DNA of 64,000 bases from Marsupella aquatica (lineage: Eukaryota > Plantae > Marchantiophyta): positions 18,262,457-18,326,456 of the forward strand of contig OZ316897.1 of assembly GCA_973895155.1 (NCBI GenBank). The letters run 5' to 3'. The number at the start of each line of letters is the position of its first letter. Position 1 is the stretch's first letter. Positions 28,101-42,165 of this stretch are shown here, piece by piece. A program made the position numbers and the translations under genes. The notes under the pieces are model-generated. The model was not told where the DNA came from. It made no database searches and saw only the letters and a list, made by a program, of their open reading frames with translations.

Positions 28101-30115
28101 ACTATTGTAAGTTGAACGATGGTTATCATAATATAGTATAGAAATTAAATGATGAGGGAGCCTGGATAGTCAACTTTTGGGATCGATATCATTGATCATT
28201 TTTTTAAGCAAGAATGCGAACGTTAACTGAAGTGCGGAGCTTCAGGTTACAGATCTGAACAACAATGCAGTGCCGCTTTATGGGTGTTACTTGTGCACTT
28301 GGTGTTACCTCAGAAGAACTGGATGAATGATTATCAGAGAGTAATTAATATAATACGTGGGTTCAACACTTGCCGTCTTTGAAATCATTTTACATCGTTC
28401 TCACATTCAGAGCGTTGTTTTTTTTACATGAGAGATTGACTCTGGTGTCGAGTCATTGCACTGGACGTATATTAATTGGGAACATTTCGTTCGTGCTACG
28501 GATCCTCTGGTGGACGATACTGATTTATCATGGAAAGGCAACTGAATCGGAGCCTTGAGTCTCTCCGTGAGACTCCAAACTCGTTTAGTTCTCTTTGCCT
28601 GTTAGTTTGAGGTATGAAATAGCAGGAAAGAGTCTGTCATGCATGATGCCACACGAACGCGACGTCTCTCAGCAGCAAAGACTGAAGTGAGTTTGAGACT
28701 TACTTGCGGTCTTAAACAAAATATCTTTGCGGCACTATCTTTGGTTATATCTTTGCAATTCATTCTTCTGCACGCACTGTCATGGAGATTATCGTGTAAA
28801 TCCTTATTGTTCAGACCCCTGTTCACTCTTTTTTGCTCCACAACAGACACTCCTAGAGAAAAAGGTTGATGGTGAGAAGAGAAAACTGGCTTGTACGAGG
28901 ATTTAATACTCCCAAACATCGTCTACTTAGCCTGTGCAAATTGTTCGGTTTGGAAACTGTTATGGTCGCTCAAATCGAAGTTAAGAACATTATATTTTTG
29001 TCATTTGCTAAACTTTGACATTCATCAAGTTGGAATCCTAAGTCGCTGATGATGTCACGGCAGTTGCTTGTTGCATCTGTCCCGGTGTTACAAAACAAGG
29101 ATCCGGCCTCATCGGACATTAGAGATGTCATCTTGGACAATTGAAGACCTGCTCTCAATTGCTCGACTGCTGGACTTTCAAATGTACTAGTGCGCGTCAA
29201 TCAGGAAAGCAGTAACAAACGCAACAAATTCTCTGGAAGTGCTATGATGCATGCCTACCATATAGTTGCGCATCTGTTTTTCGACAACTGTCATCCGCTT
29301 TGAGAACAACTGATATGACTTCTTCCTCGAGTCTTCAATACGTAGAGAGCTGAGCACATGATATTTAGGCGAAAAGCTTCCATAAGACATGTTTTACAAG
29401 ATAGTCACATGCATAAGGGCGGGCAACCAATGTAGTAATAATTTTACAAGTAAATAAAATTTTCACTCTGAGGAAAGTGATTGTCTATCTCTTCGTTAAC
29501 CAATCGTGACCTTTCTATTCGACAAGTGACAATTGTTTGATTGACTTGGTCGATTTGTGAGAAGCGTCGCAGCTGAGGTTACGGAATCCAACGCTTCAGA
29601 AACCGGAACTTCCCCGAATTGTAAGCTGGTCAAGAATCAAATCCAATAGTTCATACAATTAATTGTAGAACTGGAAATGCGAGTTATACCTAGACGCAAC
29701 GTTTTCGTCGTGGAATGTAGCTGCCTTGGTGAAGACGGTAAGCGTCTGTAGTGCCAGAGACCTGCACTGTTTGATTTTAGTTTTGTGAGTCAAGATAGTT
29801 TCTTTCCTCCTTTTTTTGTGAATTCGGAAAACTCCTTTATTTCGATTTCAAAACGACGGATACGTCATGCAAGCTGTGTCACGGATCTGTCATCCTTTGT
29901 TCACTGAGTGGTCTACATTTGCAGAGAACTAAAAAATATGAAGTCCGGCTTATCATAGTCTGTACAGTAGGTGATCGCAGCTGGACACCAAGGCTAGAAC
30001 AGTACTATTGGACTACAGTCCGTTCAGGGGACCTTCGCGAGGTCGTGGACAGTTTAGTCAATGGGAATATGCCTTGCTGCCGTTGGCCGGTCACTTGGAA
30101 TCGATTAGCAATCTA

Positions 30116-30247
30116 GTTTTTTTTTTTTGCCTTCAAACCGAAGCTGACCTATCGGACCAACTCCGGAGCATGTACCTCTGTAGGGTAGCCCACAAGGGGG
30201 TGATACCCAGGGATGGATCCGACAGGGACCAGACGGAGGGAGAGAGG
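30116..30247 (-). mobile_element. Short retroposed (SINE or 5'-truncated LINE-like) insertion
   Basis: Flanked by the 13-bp direct repeat GATTAGCAATCTA (30103-30115, 30248-30260). A poly-T run at the left end is poly(A) on the minus strand. Absent from the paralogous flank at ~60465. Confidence 0.6.
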
Positions 30248-31697
30248 GATTAGCAATCTACTTTCACAAGCAATTAGTCCACTTGAATTGGACGGAAAAT
30301 GAAAGCCGTACTTCTCTCCTAGACTCTCTGTGGAGGAAGCGGAACCATTAGAGAGTCCTCGATCGGCACACTCTCCACAAAAACCAAACGCTGTAGACCG
30401 TGTTAACGTCGGGACTTGTAGTGTGGCACGTGCACGCAGAAATTCCAAGTTCAGGAGCCGACTATCTGTTCGGATGCTGCAGGCGCATACGCTAGCACAG
30501 AGAACGAGATTTACATACTGGTGATGCAGTTCATTACACCGATGGTCGAATGCATTTCCTTTGGTGTTTTAGTCTCTATGGTGGTACACTGTCAACTTCA
30601 GATCCCCTTCTGAATGGAGCCGAGCTACTATATACGACTTACCACACTGTCAAAACCATCCTGTCGTTGATAGACGGTAATATGTTTTTCATAATCACGA
30701 TTGGCCCAAGTTCTCGTCCACACTTTGCTCTTACACAACGTCCAATCAACCATGTCTCACTGGGTTCATCCGATACTGGTCATGCAAGATTGGATTTGTT
30801 AGGCCTAAAAGTCTCGAGCTGGTTGGTTGCTGCACGCTATATGATGTCAGTTTGTCGCGAGTGTCAAGAATCCGTTGCTTCTCTCTGACTTTTATTTGTG
30901 ACATCTTCTATTCTACACACTTCACAATGATATTTCATATTTCCTGCCTGTTGATTATGGTCCGTCTTGCGGCTGACAGGAGGCTGTTGGCGACTTGAAG
31001 CAAAGGCGAAGCATTTCGATTTGGAAGTGACTTACATGATCGGAGCCAACGCTCAAAGAGAGCAACGGACTGATCAGGAGCTAATCTTTCAAGAGAGAGT
31101 CATAATTCATGTTCCGATCCTGGCAATTGACAGATATGTGGTTACACGATCGACCGTCATCTATGGTAACTACAGGAATTGGTCCTGGAGTTTAGCTCGA
31201 CAGATTCCATTCGGCACTAGTCATCTCACAAGACAAAAAAGTTTGTGGACTACTTCCGAAGCTTTGCCGGCCAGATCGAGCTGCCTGAGTCCTGTTTAAT
31301 AGAGACCCCCAAAGTCACATTGCGGGGCTGCGCACAGGTTATTTCTATCACCCGGAGATATCGCTGTTGTAACTGCACGAAATTTCATCATCCGTGGAAC
31401 TATGTTGCTTCAACATGCGATAGAAACACACTTCAAGCAACAAAAAGATAGTACTGTAGAATCCATTGGAAGCTCGATTGGAAGGTGTACGTGCGTCATT
31501 ACTCTATGAAAACGTGTGATGCGTACTGATTTCTGCAAATTGAGTCCGGCGCAGGACGCTGAAATTTGGAAGGGAGTATCCATGTGCTGGCTTCTGTTGT
31601 ATCCCAGTCCGAGAAGGGATATCCTCACGGAATTCGTTCAACGAAAAGGGCTGCTGCATCTTCGGTTGATTGCAAGTAGTTCGAAACTGGGTTCAAG

Positions 31698-34600
31698 ATG
31701 GCCGCAAGTAGCAGCGACTGGGATGAAGCCGTGGCCTATTGGAGCAGAGTTGGAGAGCTGGGCATGGAGGCTGCCCTTCGTGGAGCAGGATGTTCGGAAC
31801 GGAGTATTGTTGATACGCTGAGTGAGGTCAAAAGCAGTGGAGATAGCTTCGAACTGGGAAAGTTGAATAGCCTGACAACTCCTGAGTCGGCGAGAGCTGT
31901 GGTTCTTGCTACGATCGGTCGCGACATTTCACTTACCAAGACAGTCTTCTCCAGTGCAGACGTTCGGGCTATGACCGTGAACGAGGCTGCTGCTCTTTGT
32001 GTCAACTTGTGTTCCAACACCAATATTACAGATCTTATCTTATCCAATATGAACGTTTTTGGTACAGCCAAGGGGTGCGGGCTCTTGGCCCATGCCTTGG
32101 CAACCAATTCGTCTTTGCGCGATCTTTACTTGATCGAGGTCGACATGGGAAGTGCTGGTGTGAGATGCCTACTGCATGGGCTAAAGTCAAACAAGACTCT
32201 CGACACACTCGCTCTCGGGAAAAACCCCCTGCTGAATGAAGGAATCTCGTGTGTAGCTGAATTTCTGATCAATAACGCTACAATCAAGTGGTTGTACCTT
32301 CATGACACTGGTATCTCCAAAGAAGGCGCAAATCATGACACTGGTATCTCCAAAGAAGGCGCAAAACAGATGTCCTCGGTCTTGGCGAGCAACTCTACAC
32401 TGAGGACTTTATCTGTTGGAGTTGAAGCTTTTGGGAGAGAAGGAATGAAGATGTTACTGCAGCCACTATCCCCGGACGTGGGGCAAGGTGAACCGAATGC
32501 CAACAGCCCGCAGAACACATCTTTGGAACGTTTGTACTTACATGACCCAAATCGGGAGTGTGTGGAGTCCGTGACACATATGATCAAAACAAACAAGTCC
32601 CTGCGCACTTTAGGACTTCAAACAACAGACAAGGGCAAGACCTGCTTGGCGCCATTCCTGCCTACAGATTGGAAGGAGACAATTATTCCCGCCCTAAAAG
32701 CAAATAGTACCCTCACGAACCTCGACTTGTTTGGATGTTACGGGGTGATTGGAGAAGACGTCTATGAGTCTCTGCTGGATCTGCTCCAAAACAGCGATAC
32801 CGGATTAGAAACGATCATTCTTGGCCAAACTGGTTTGGAATCCAAGCAGGGACAAATCAACGAAGAGCTTAGGATCAACAAGGAGTATCGATCTCGGCTC
32901 AAGGGTCAACCCCAAACGCCAGTTACTTCTGGTCGTATCGTATTGTGCGGATATGGTTTTGCAGGTTTGCCGTTTACTCTTCCTTAAGTTATTCATTCTT
33001 CACTGTGAGCTTCGACTTACTGTCAATTCTCAATCCTAAAATTGAACTGCTTGTGGACGTGTGTGAGTACGTACATTTAAGTGATTAGTCTAGACGTATG
33101 TAGAAAACGATTCCATTGTATTGGAACCAGTGTGTATGTATTGGTTGTTGAAGACCCCAACCACAAGTTCATCAATAATTGTGGTTGCATTGTGCTCCTT
33201 ATATTACACAGTCATCTTTGCGTTGCAAACCCAACATGGTTTTACATTGCTAATAATGACACTAGTAATTTATTGAATAAAATTGACTTATTATTTAATT
33301 TATTAACATTTGAGCAATATAATGTGTATTTTTTACTTTCAAAAATTATATATTTTGACAAAAAATAAATGTCGCGGCCAATCTTATGTCATCATGTTTA
33401 TCTTTTGTAAATGAACCAGACTACATTCTAGTAAAATATTTTTTGCATCTCAAATTTATAATTAACTATTTAGGCATAGAGTATTGTACTATAATATACA
33501 ATTTAGTGTTAAAAAATATATATTTAAAGATAAAAAGTGAATATTTAGAAGGCTAAAATTGAACAAAATAAAACACTCTTAATGAATAGAGTGAAAAGAA
33601 TTGAAACTATCTGCTGAATGTGATGTAACGCAAGGTCTGTTGGTTTGAAGATATGTTGGTTTGAATGGCAGGAAAAACAGAAATTTCCAAGACCATGAAG
33701 CGCATAGAGCATGGCACTTCCTACACTCACCCCCTCCAAATGTTGTGGAAGAGAGTGATGCAATTGTACCCTTGTTTTCAACAAATCCTGCTTGGGAGCG
33801 ATGCGCCCAAAGAATTGACAGCCCGAACAAGAGGACTTCATGTAGTAGTTCTTGAGAAACAGCCATATTTGAAGTCCGTTTGGGACTTTGCTGGGCAAAA
33901 GGAATACTATGCTCTTCATGACTACGTGTTCCCTGATGTCAAGAATTCATATTTTCTGTACGTCTGTAGTTGCCGATGTCTTCCGGATGATGCAGATCCA
34001 AAAGGCAAAATTAAGGATGAAAGCGCCATTAGAGATGAGTGTGAGTATTGGATGAGATTTCTGGCGTCCAATTCCAAACAAGGCGGACGGAGTCAATTGC
34101 CTCGAGTGAGATTTGTTCTAACGAAGACAGACACCCTCCACTCCCCAGGGCAGTTTGCTCCCAGAGCAAAGCGTGTGGTGCGTGAGTTGAAAAATGTGTT
34201 CAAGGATGTCCTCGATTTGAGTGACGACATTGAGGTTGTGAATGCTCATTCTGCTGGAGATGTGCAGCGCCTGCTCACTGCATGTAGTGACAACTTAAAA
34301 GAAATCTTGGCACAACAAACAGAATATGTCGTGTGTGAGCAAGTTCGTGATCTCTTGGAGGGCTGGTCCAAGAAAAATCCATTGAAACCTGTTCTAAGCC
34401 TTGAGGAATTTTACAAGTTGTGTAGAGAAGAGCTACAATTTGATCAGCTGTCAGAGGATGGCTGGAGAATTGTCTTAGCTTATTTGAATGATCTAGGAGA
34501 AATTATATTTTCCAAGAAAACTGATTTCATTGTGACCAACCCTAGTTGGTTTGGGATTGATGTTTTGGGTTCTTTGATAAATGCATTCAAAGGAGCAGAC

Positions 34601-36378
34601 CAGCCTCCAAGAGAGGATTCCACGTGCATTAGTGCTTTCTGGGGTGGCAGTGCTTTCTGGGGCCGCCGGGAGTTTTATGAGCTTGACCATCGCCAGGGCT
34701 TTGTAGCGAGGCAAGACATGAAAGAACATTTGGAGGTGTCGTTGCAGAGCATGGATATGAAGCAAAGCATCCCACCCGAGAAATTGATAGATTTGATGAT
34801 CCACTTGGAAATGTGCTTTGAAAATATCCAAGAAGATCCAGAAAAAATGGATTCTTCGTTGTTCATGCCAGCCCTTTTCGATGATGAGAAGGAGACTGCT
34901 GCAAAGGGTGAACGGCCACTGCGATGGCAAGTACAACAGGAAGGGCACTTGGAGTATTTTGGCCGCCGCCTTGAATGTCAGAACAGATCCACCACATTTT
35001 TGACGCCTGGATTTTTCCCGAGGTTGCAGGTAATTCTGGAAGCTTTGAACCCATTTCAAACCTTTTGGTCTCTTGAAGATCATATCTTGGCAATCAAACT
35101 ATCAAGATTGTATGTTGGCAATCGGACTATGTGTGTGAACCTTGCTGATATTGTTCTGTTTTGTCCTGCATTCAATATATTTGTGATTTGCATTGCTTTT
35201 TCCTTGCTTGCTTTTTGAAAATTATCGCGTGATGCATGTAGGTTCACTTGAGGAATTATATACATAAAGAAGGGTGGACAAAGAATCTTGGGTTTGAAGT
35301 TGGAAGGAATCTCATAGCCTTTGCAGAAAGTGGTATTGAAATATATGTAGAATATGCTGGTGACACAGATGATTTCATTGATATACTAGTCAGATCATCG
35401 GAATCGTTCACAAAGACTATTGAATTTGTACAAAAACATGTGGTGGAGACAATCCGCACGTTTTGTGCTTCGCCTCAGGGATGCCAAGGAGTGGAGCTTG
35501 TTGAATCTGTGATAAGGCCCGTGTGTGTTGAGTACCTTCACTTGTGCATAGGTAGGAAAGCGCACTCAGTTTTAGTCTCAGAGCTGCAACGTAGATTAGC
35601 CAAGGACAAAGGCTCCCAACATACATGGAGCCAAAGAATAGAAAATGTCAGCGATACTGACCGGGCTCTTGACTTGCTGGAGGGAAAGCGTTCATATGAG
35701 AAGATTAGTAGCAAAGGTCAAGTGAGTCTGGCACCCTTGGTTTCGAACTCCACAGCTTCAGTATCAAGCAGTACTGATCAATTACCGAAACTCTTCTATC
35801 CGTCTATAGAACACGTGGATCTACTCAGGAGATTGGAAACTCGCCTCAACTTGACTAAGGTGATCCCAATCAAGCTTCATCTTTTATGCGACCACAAAGA
35901 CGGATCGCATAAAGTGGAAGGTCAGCCGGGAAGGACAGTGAAGTTGAATGCCAGGGCGGGTGGTTATGACATACCTATAGCGAAGCTTGCCGTGTCTCTC
36001 CTCTGGGCCGGTTTGAGCATGGTTGGTGCAGTGCCGAAGGTAGACGACTGGATCCAGAGCTTGTTCACCGCCCCTGAAATGCCCACCCTGGATGGCGAAA
36101 TGGTGCACGAGATGATGAACCCTGACCGTCCCCGCGGCTCACTTTCAGAAGAACAAATCTTGAAGGCGCTGGAGAGGTATTGGAAGGTTGATCCCCACAC
36201 GCAAGGTCTCAAGGAGATCCTTAAACTGGATGACGGCTCAAGCTTTTGGAATGACTTCCAACTGCGCAAAGTAGTCTACAACGCAGAATCAGGTTATGAA
36301 AAAAGGATCGGCTGGGTGTGTGACAGCCACTTCAAGAAGGGACTCAAGCAGCGAATTTTGCGCTCCTCAACTCATTGA
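31698..36378 (+). CDS. TORNADO1-like LRR-ROC-COR (ROCO) protein, 3 exons, ~1253 aa
   Basis: Exons 31698-32964, 33672-35029 and 35242-36378 are GT-AG and total 3762 nt in frame. RNI-like LRRs, spliced P-loop GYGFAGKT, RTRG, WDFAGQKEYY, LTKTD, and the COR motif PGFFPRLQVHL typical of TRN1. Confidence 0.9.
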
Positions 36379-37459
36379 AAAAGATGGAGAGTAAGGTCAA
36401 AATATATTTGATTGACGAGACAAATGGAAAGATTCATCTCAAGAACTGTGAATTGTTGGCGCGCAATATTGGCATCTAGAGCGATCAATTGTGTACCCTG
36501 CTCCAGCTTTTGACCAGTCGTCTACATGTATCGACCCTGACATGCTGCAGTAGGTGTGGTGCCCTTGATGAATTTGCCCACAGGCCGTTCAACGGACAGC
36601 GTTTCTGTGATGAACAGTTCGGCCATTGTGAAGCAGGTACTCATGAAGCTTGTCTTTCTTGAAATGCACAGGAAACACCGTACTTTTGTTACCTATCAAA
36701 TGTCTTCAAGACTGTCTGACCGATCCGACCTTATGCAGGTTGCTCGAGTGCCGTAATGGTGCCCCATAAGTCGTAACGATTCCTGATGCTGAAATGGATA
36801 AACTATGTTTCTGCTCACTTGAACTTCACGGTTCATGACTTATCACTGCTGTAGCTCTCATTTTAAGAATTATCTCCAGGTTTAGGGCTTTCCAGACGGT
36901 CAGAAGATGTGCTTATGCAGGGTCAGACGAAGGTAATACAGTTCCAGCCCTTGGGAATTTTTGCGTAGATTACGTTTTACAATTGAACTCTCGTCATGTT
37001 ACTTAATTTCACGAGCAAAGACCATCTCGGTATGAATGACTGAGCAAATGGATTTTATTTGCTCTAAGAATGAATTGTTTCTTAAGTAAATTGGTGCCAA
37101 CGTGGGTGTATGTGGAACTAATCAGGCATGCTGCCAAATGCAGAATCAACGAACGATGAACAGCACCAGCTTAGAGCAAACAAAAGAGAGCGACGAAGTT
37201 AACCTGCGGAAACTGCTTTTCAACTCCGAAACAATTCCAAGCACTGGCCAGAAATTTGAGAAGTAGCCCTTTAGCCGTGCCTTCCATCTGGTAGAAGTAT
37301 CCCTTGAATTTGATTGACTAGCGATTCTAAGAAGTGAACCATGAGGATCTAAGCTCTTGTGCTGATCTTGGTAGTGGTAATTAGTTCTCAGTAGGCTAGA
37401 ACCTAGGAAAATGATAAATTGACCCAGATTGTTTTAAATTCTTTTGGGAACCCTTTCTA

Positions 37460-37960
37460 TCAGAAGGGGTTGTCTACACAGAACCAGGCCATGAAAAAAG
37501 GATCGGCTGGGTGTGTGAGAGCCATTTTGGGAAGGGATTCAATCAGCGAATACTGAGCTCTGTACCTCATTGAAAGATGGAGTATAAGGGTATATATTTT
37601 TGTTTGACGAGAATTGAAAGATATATCTCAGAATTGTGAGAGAGTTGTCATCCCATCGGTTGGCATAATATCGGCGTACATCCATCTAGAATGATCGATT
37701 GTGTACCCTGTCCCAACGTTCGATCTGTACTCTACATGTATCGACCCAGACATGATGCAGCAGGTGTGGTGCCCTTGATGGATTTGCCCTCGGGCCGCTC
37801 AAAGGACAGCGGTTCTGTGATGGACATTTCGACTTTTGTGAATCAGGTACTCTGAAGCTGGTTTTTCTTGAAATTTACAGGAAACAACTTACGTTTGTCA
37901 TGTATAAAACATTTTGAAGTTTCTTTGCGCGATTCAACTTTATCCTGGTTACTCGAATGC
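37460..37960 (+). pseudogene. Diverged remnant of the 3' end and 3' UTR of another TRN1-like copy
   Basis: EKRIGWVCESHFGKGFNQRILSS...H* at ~37493-37573, plus downstream sequence matching 36380-36750. Confidence 0.75.
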
Positions 37961-38982
37961 TGTAGGGATACCCTATTATTCATAAAGATTCACGGAATCC
38001 CCTCCTCTTGCTGAAACGGATATGGCTTCTGTTGTGATAACTCTTCTTCAATGCATGGTTACCTTTCCCAATGGCGGGTTCAACAAATGACAGAAACATT
38101 TAAAATAGTCTGCCTACGCAATCAAGTGGCCGGGCACTCAACAGGAGCTTCTCCTTTTCAGCAATCTACTACTTTGGTGCATCAAGGAGGGCAACAACAA
38201 GCTGGAATATGCGCACGACATCCAATATATCAACATTGTAAGAGTGGTTAATTTCAAGTGATTGGTATTCATGTTGATAAGCATTTTCAGAAATGTCTGA
38301 ATGTTGAACTGCAAGTAAAATTCAGTTAGGTCATTTGGAGTTATGCATCGGACAATTTGGCCATATAGTTGTGGTCAAACTCCCTTGGGTATGCTTCAAT
38401 CGGACAAACTTCAAAGTTATTGAGTGTTGCCGCTTGTAGGCATTCCTTTCAAGGACTCCATAGCTCTAGTTCTCTGTTTTGATGCCGTGAGTTGCCCAGC
38501 ATCTTCCGGGCTTGTGTTCTGGGGTTTGGCATCCTCTAGTTGAAAGTATTCATGGAGCTTACACCTGTTTTTGAAACCGAAATCCTGAGTGAGCTATCTT
38601 GACAAACAGAAACGGCCATGAGCCCAAAAGTAGGGGGGGAAGAATCCACAACTCCCCAATGAGCATATGCAATATTAATTCAGTCAGGGCTGGTGCAAAG
38701 GCATATTCTTCTACGAGACTCCAACATTGTGGTGATACCTCACCCGTGATATAGGAGCATTTAATAAGAAGGAAGAGGTCATGGGCCAGTCAAGTCTTGG
38801 GTGATGATAGAAGAAAACTGCGTAAAATGCTTCTCAACTCCCGAAACAACTTCAAGCACTTTCGAGAAATGCTGCAATTAGAGTCACTTTGACTCGATAA
38901 GAAGCCTCCTAGCCTTGTCTTCATCTAGGAAGAAGTATCCACTTTCACCCTTGACTTTCATTGACTAGTAATTCTAAAAAGT

Positions 38983-39480
38983 GGACCATGGGGATCGAAG
39001 GTCGTGTTCTGAGCCTGTTTGTCTTAGTTCACAGTAGGGCAACAGCCGAGGATAATGATGTCTATACAAGAAATTGACGCAGCCTACCGGAGTGAGATTG
39101 ATTCCTTTGGTTTGAATATCGAGCAGACGCGCGGTAGCCGAAGAAATTACAGAGTGTCTAGACCAATATTTACAGGGCAAGGTGCTCCTGCATTGGTTCC
39201 TTCAAATTATTTACTCCTTGGGTCGGCAACAGCCGAGGATACTGATTTCTACACAAGAAGACCATGGGGATCAAAGGTCGTGTGCTGATCCTGTTTGTCT
39301 TAGTGTACAGTAGGGCAACAGCCGAGGGTACTGATTTCTATACAACAAAATTATGCAGACTACCGTAGTGACATTGATTCCTTTTGTTTCAATGAATATC
39401 GAGCAGACGGTATCTGAAGAAATTACGGAGTGCCAAGACCAATCTTTACAGGGCAAGATGCTCCTGCAGTGGTTCCTTCA
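38983..39480. repeat. Local ~280-bp tandem duplication
   Basis: gaccatggggatc...tttacagggcaag.tgctcctgca.tggttccttca starts at ~38983 and again at ~39260. Confidence 0.75.
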
Positions 39481-40549
39481 ATTATTCACTCGTTGGGTCG
39501 GTTCCAGTCAGAAAACTTAATGACCCTCGAGATGCGTTCTGGTTTTCAGATACAGGATTGACGATCAAGGGACATAGCCATTGACTGATTAAAAGTATTC
39601 CAGCAGCTTTATTACACCTTTGTCAAAAACAAAATACTAATGGATTACGATTGCGAAGAAGGCAATGGACTGGTTGACAGGACCATTACTCAATTGTAGT
39701 TTGTTTGGCCCTTTCTAGTAAATTGGGCCTTTCTCGCTGAAGCATTGAGATTAGAAAAGCTGCCATTATCCAATTGAATCGAGTTTGTTGATAGTGAAAT
39801 ACTGGACGTGACCTGTCTTGACGAGGGTAGTCACATGCACGGGGGCGTCCAGTCATTGTAGTAGGAATTCTACACGTAAAGAAAAATTGACTTTTCACTC
39901 TTATGAAGGGATATTCTATCTACTCGTTAACCCCAATGGTGAACTCTACTAAAAATTTCCTGAGGAAACGATTCCTCGTAGAACATGGCTGCCTTGCTCC
40001 ATACGGTAAGCGCTTGTGGTGCAGAGACCTGCACAGTTTGTTTTTAGTTTCCTGAGTCAAGATAGTTTCTTCCTGGTTTTCTTTTTTTGAAACGGAAACG
40101 CTTTTATTTGGATTTCAAAAGGAAGTAGAAGTCTTGCAAGCTGTGTCACGGATCTGTCATTCACTGAGTGGTCTACAATGAGGAATTCTATGGTGCGAGC
40201 AAACAGGAGTTTTGCTTGCGAGGCAGTATTGTTAGCGAGGCACATTTTCTGGTCAAAGTCACAACACATCACACGAAAATAATGGCCAAATTTCACAGTT
40301 TTCCCTCTCTTACAGTAATCAAAGTAATATAACAAGGAAAAATTAAGCATGATTCTCATATGCATTCCATACTTGAGTCTCCACACATTGACATTGGAAA
40401 ACAATCACCAAATAGCAGACACTTTCATCAAAACATGGTCCTTCTTTACATTGAAAGTATGGATTGCCAAAAACCTCCACACACAAACACTGTAAGAGTA
40501 GATGGTAACCAGTACATCCAGTCCTACACATTCCTAAGTCTGTATCAGT

Positions 40550-42165
40550 TTAGTAATAAACCTCATCTTTTGAATCATCAGATTTTGAACTTCTATTGGG
40601 ATCGCTACTGGTCTCCCTCTCTGTAGACTCGGCAGACTCATCTAAATACTGGCTAACTGTCCCCGCCTCATTGTCGATAAACCTTGAACAATCCAGATAT
40701 CTGCGAGCTCCTCTGTTTGAGCGAAGACCTTTTGCTTCCCAGGTCAAGACCACAGGAGCTTCATCAACCTCCTTCACCGACATCTCAGCATAGCACGAAA
40801 GAGTAAAAGGTTTCTCTGGAGTAACCACAATGGATTCCTTGACTTCCTTCCGAAGACAAAATCTCTCCTCAAAAAACCAATCTACCCTCCTATCACTGAC
40901 GCAACCACCAGCATCAGTTGAAGAAGAGCAACAAAATGAAGATAACAAAAGAAACCAAATAGGGAGTTCGACATCAGAAGAGGCCAAGTACTTTACTCCA
41001 GGTTGAATTTGTCTTTCTCGCTTGAAGGTCCAGCCTGTTCATCTCCTGGTATCGTGAACTCGTCATCCGACCCAGGGTCCTGATTACCCTTAGTTTTCTG
41101 ATCCTTAATCATCTCAGACTTGCTTGAGTGCCTCTCTAGAACGCTTGTTAAACTTTTCTGAGCATAGGAATGGAGAATGTCCCTGTCCCCAACACCAATG
41201 TTTAACAAACCTCCCGGAGTGTTCTCCGACAGAAAATGAACTTCCGTCGCACACAGTCCAATCAACGACTATATCTCTGGGCTTCGTGAGGAACTCCATC
41301 ACGGCTTGCATGAACCCAATTGATAGCCTTTTGGATCCAGCAACGGCCGCTGTTGGACAAGGGTCAATCTTAGGGTAACAAACACTCAACATTGACTTAT
41401 GTCTGGCATCTTCCGAAGACGTCAGAGGAACATATGTTGGGTCTTTGGGAATTTTAGCATTAAATTCCACTCAACAGAAAACTTCCAGAATGAGAGTGCC
41501 TGAATCAAGGGAGAATGATAATCCATTAGAAAACTTGAAAACTTTGTTAGCAAGCTCACTAGCATTAATTGGAAGGTCAAATGGAACACATGGGACAACT
41601 CAGGCTAGAGTAATGAAAAATGGAAAGATTTTGGTTAGCGACATTGCTAGCATAAACAATATCAAAACATTGAAGTAACATTTACCTCAATATCCATATT
41701 GGCTCTCCATAAAGGAGTGGACAATAAAACTGCATAGAGGGGAGGTAATCCATCAGTTATCAGTCACTGATATCATATCAGTGGCCCTTTTTTTTCTAAT
41801 CTCAGAGACCTCTCCGAGATGGCGACAGTTTTTTTTGCAATCTTGGAGAGGCCTCCGAGATTGATTAAAAAAAAAGGGGTCAATCTCGGAGAGGTCTCCG
41901 AGATTGTCCAAAAAACTGTCGGTGACTGATATCAGTCACTAATAACTGATGAGATTGCTCCTCTCAACTATATATTGTTGAACGTGTTTGAGTTTATTTT
42001 TTTGCTCTATTGCAGTAAATATTTGCCTCATGTGATTCAAATCAGAACTATGCAGCACAGCTACATATCCTTTGTCTGAAAGCATGGTTCTCATGACTCC
42101 AAAAAAATAATACGGCAGCTTCTCGCTCCACACATTCCAGGACGGAACCTCTTTGTCTGTAACAC
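40550..42165 (-). pseudogene. Decayed beta-class N4C/N6A DNA methyltransferase-like gene
   Basis: VPSWN...MRTMLSDKGYVAVLH resembles the region after motif IV. KRLSIGFMQAVMEFLTKPRDIVVDWTVCDGSSF...GRFV..IGVGDR resembles motif X/I (SAM binding). Has an intron (~41686-41500), an in-frame stop, a frameshift and a MITE insertion. Motif IV was not found. Confidence 0.55.
41737..41965. mobile_element. MITE, Mutator-like, ~229 bp
   Basis: ~40-bp imperfect TIRs (GAGGGGAGGTAATCCATCAGTTATCAGTCACTGATATCA versus the reverse complement of the right end, GAGAGGAGCAATCTCATCAGTTATTAGTGACTGATATCA). Degenerate 9-bp TSD aactgcata / aactatata. Confidence 0.75.
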
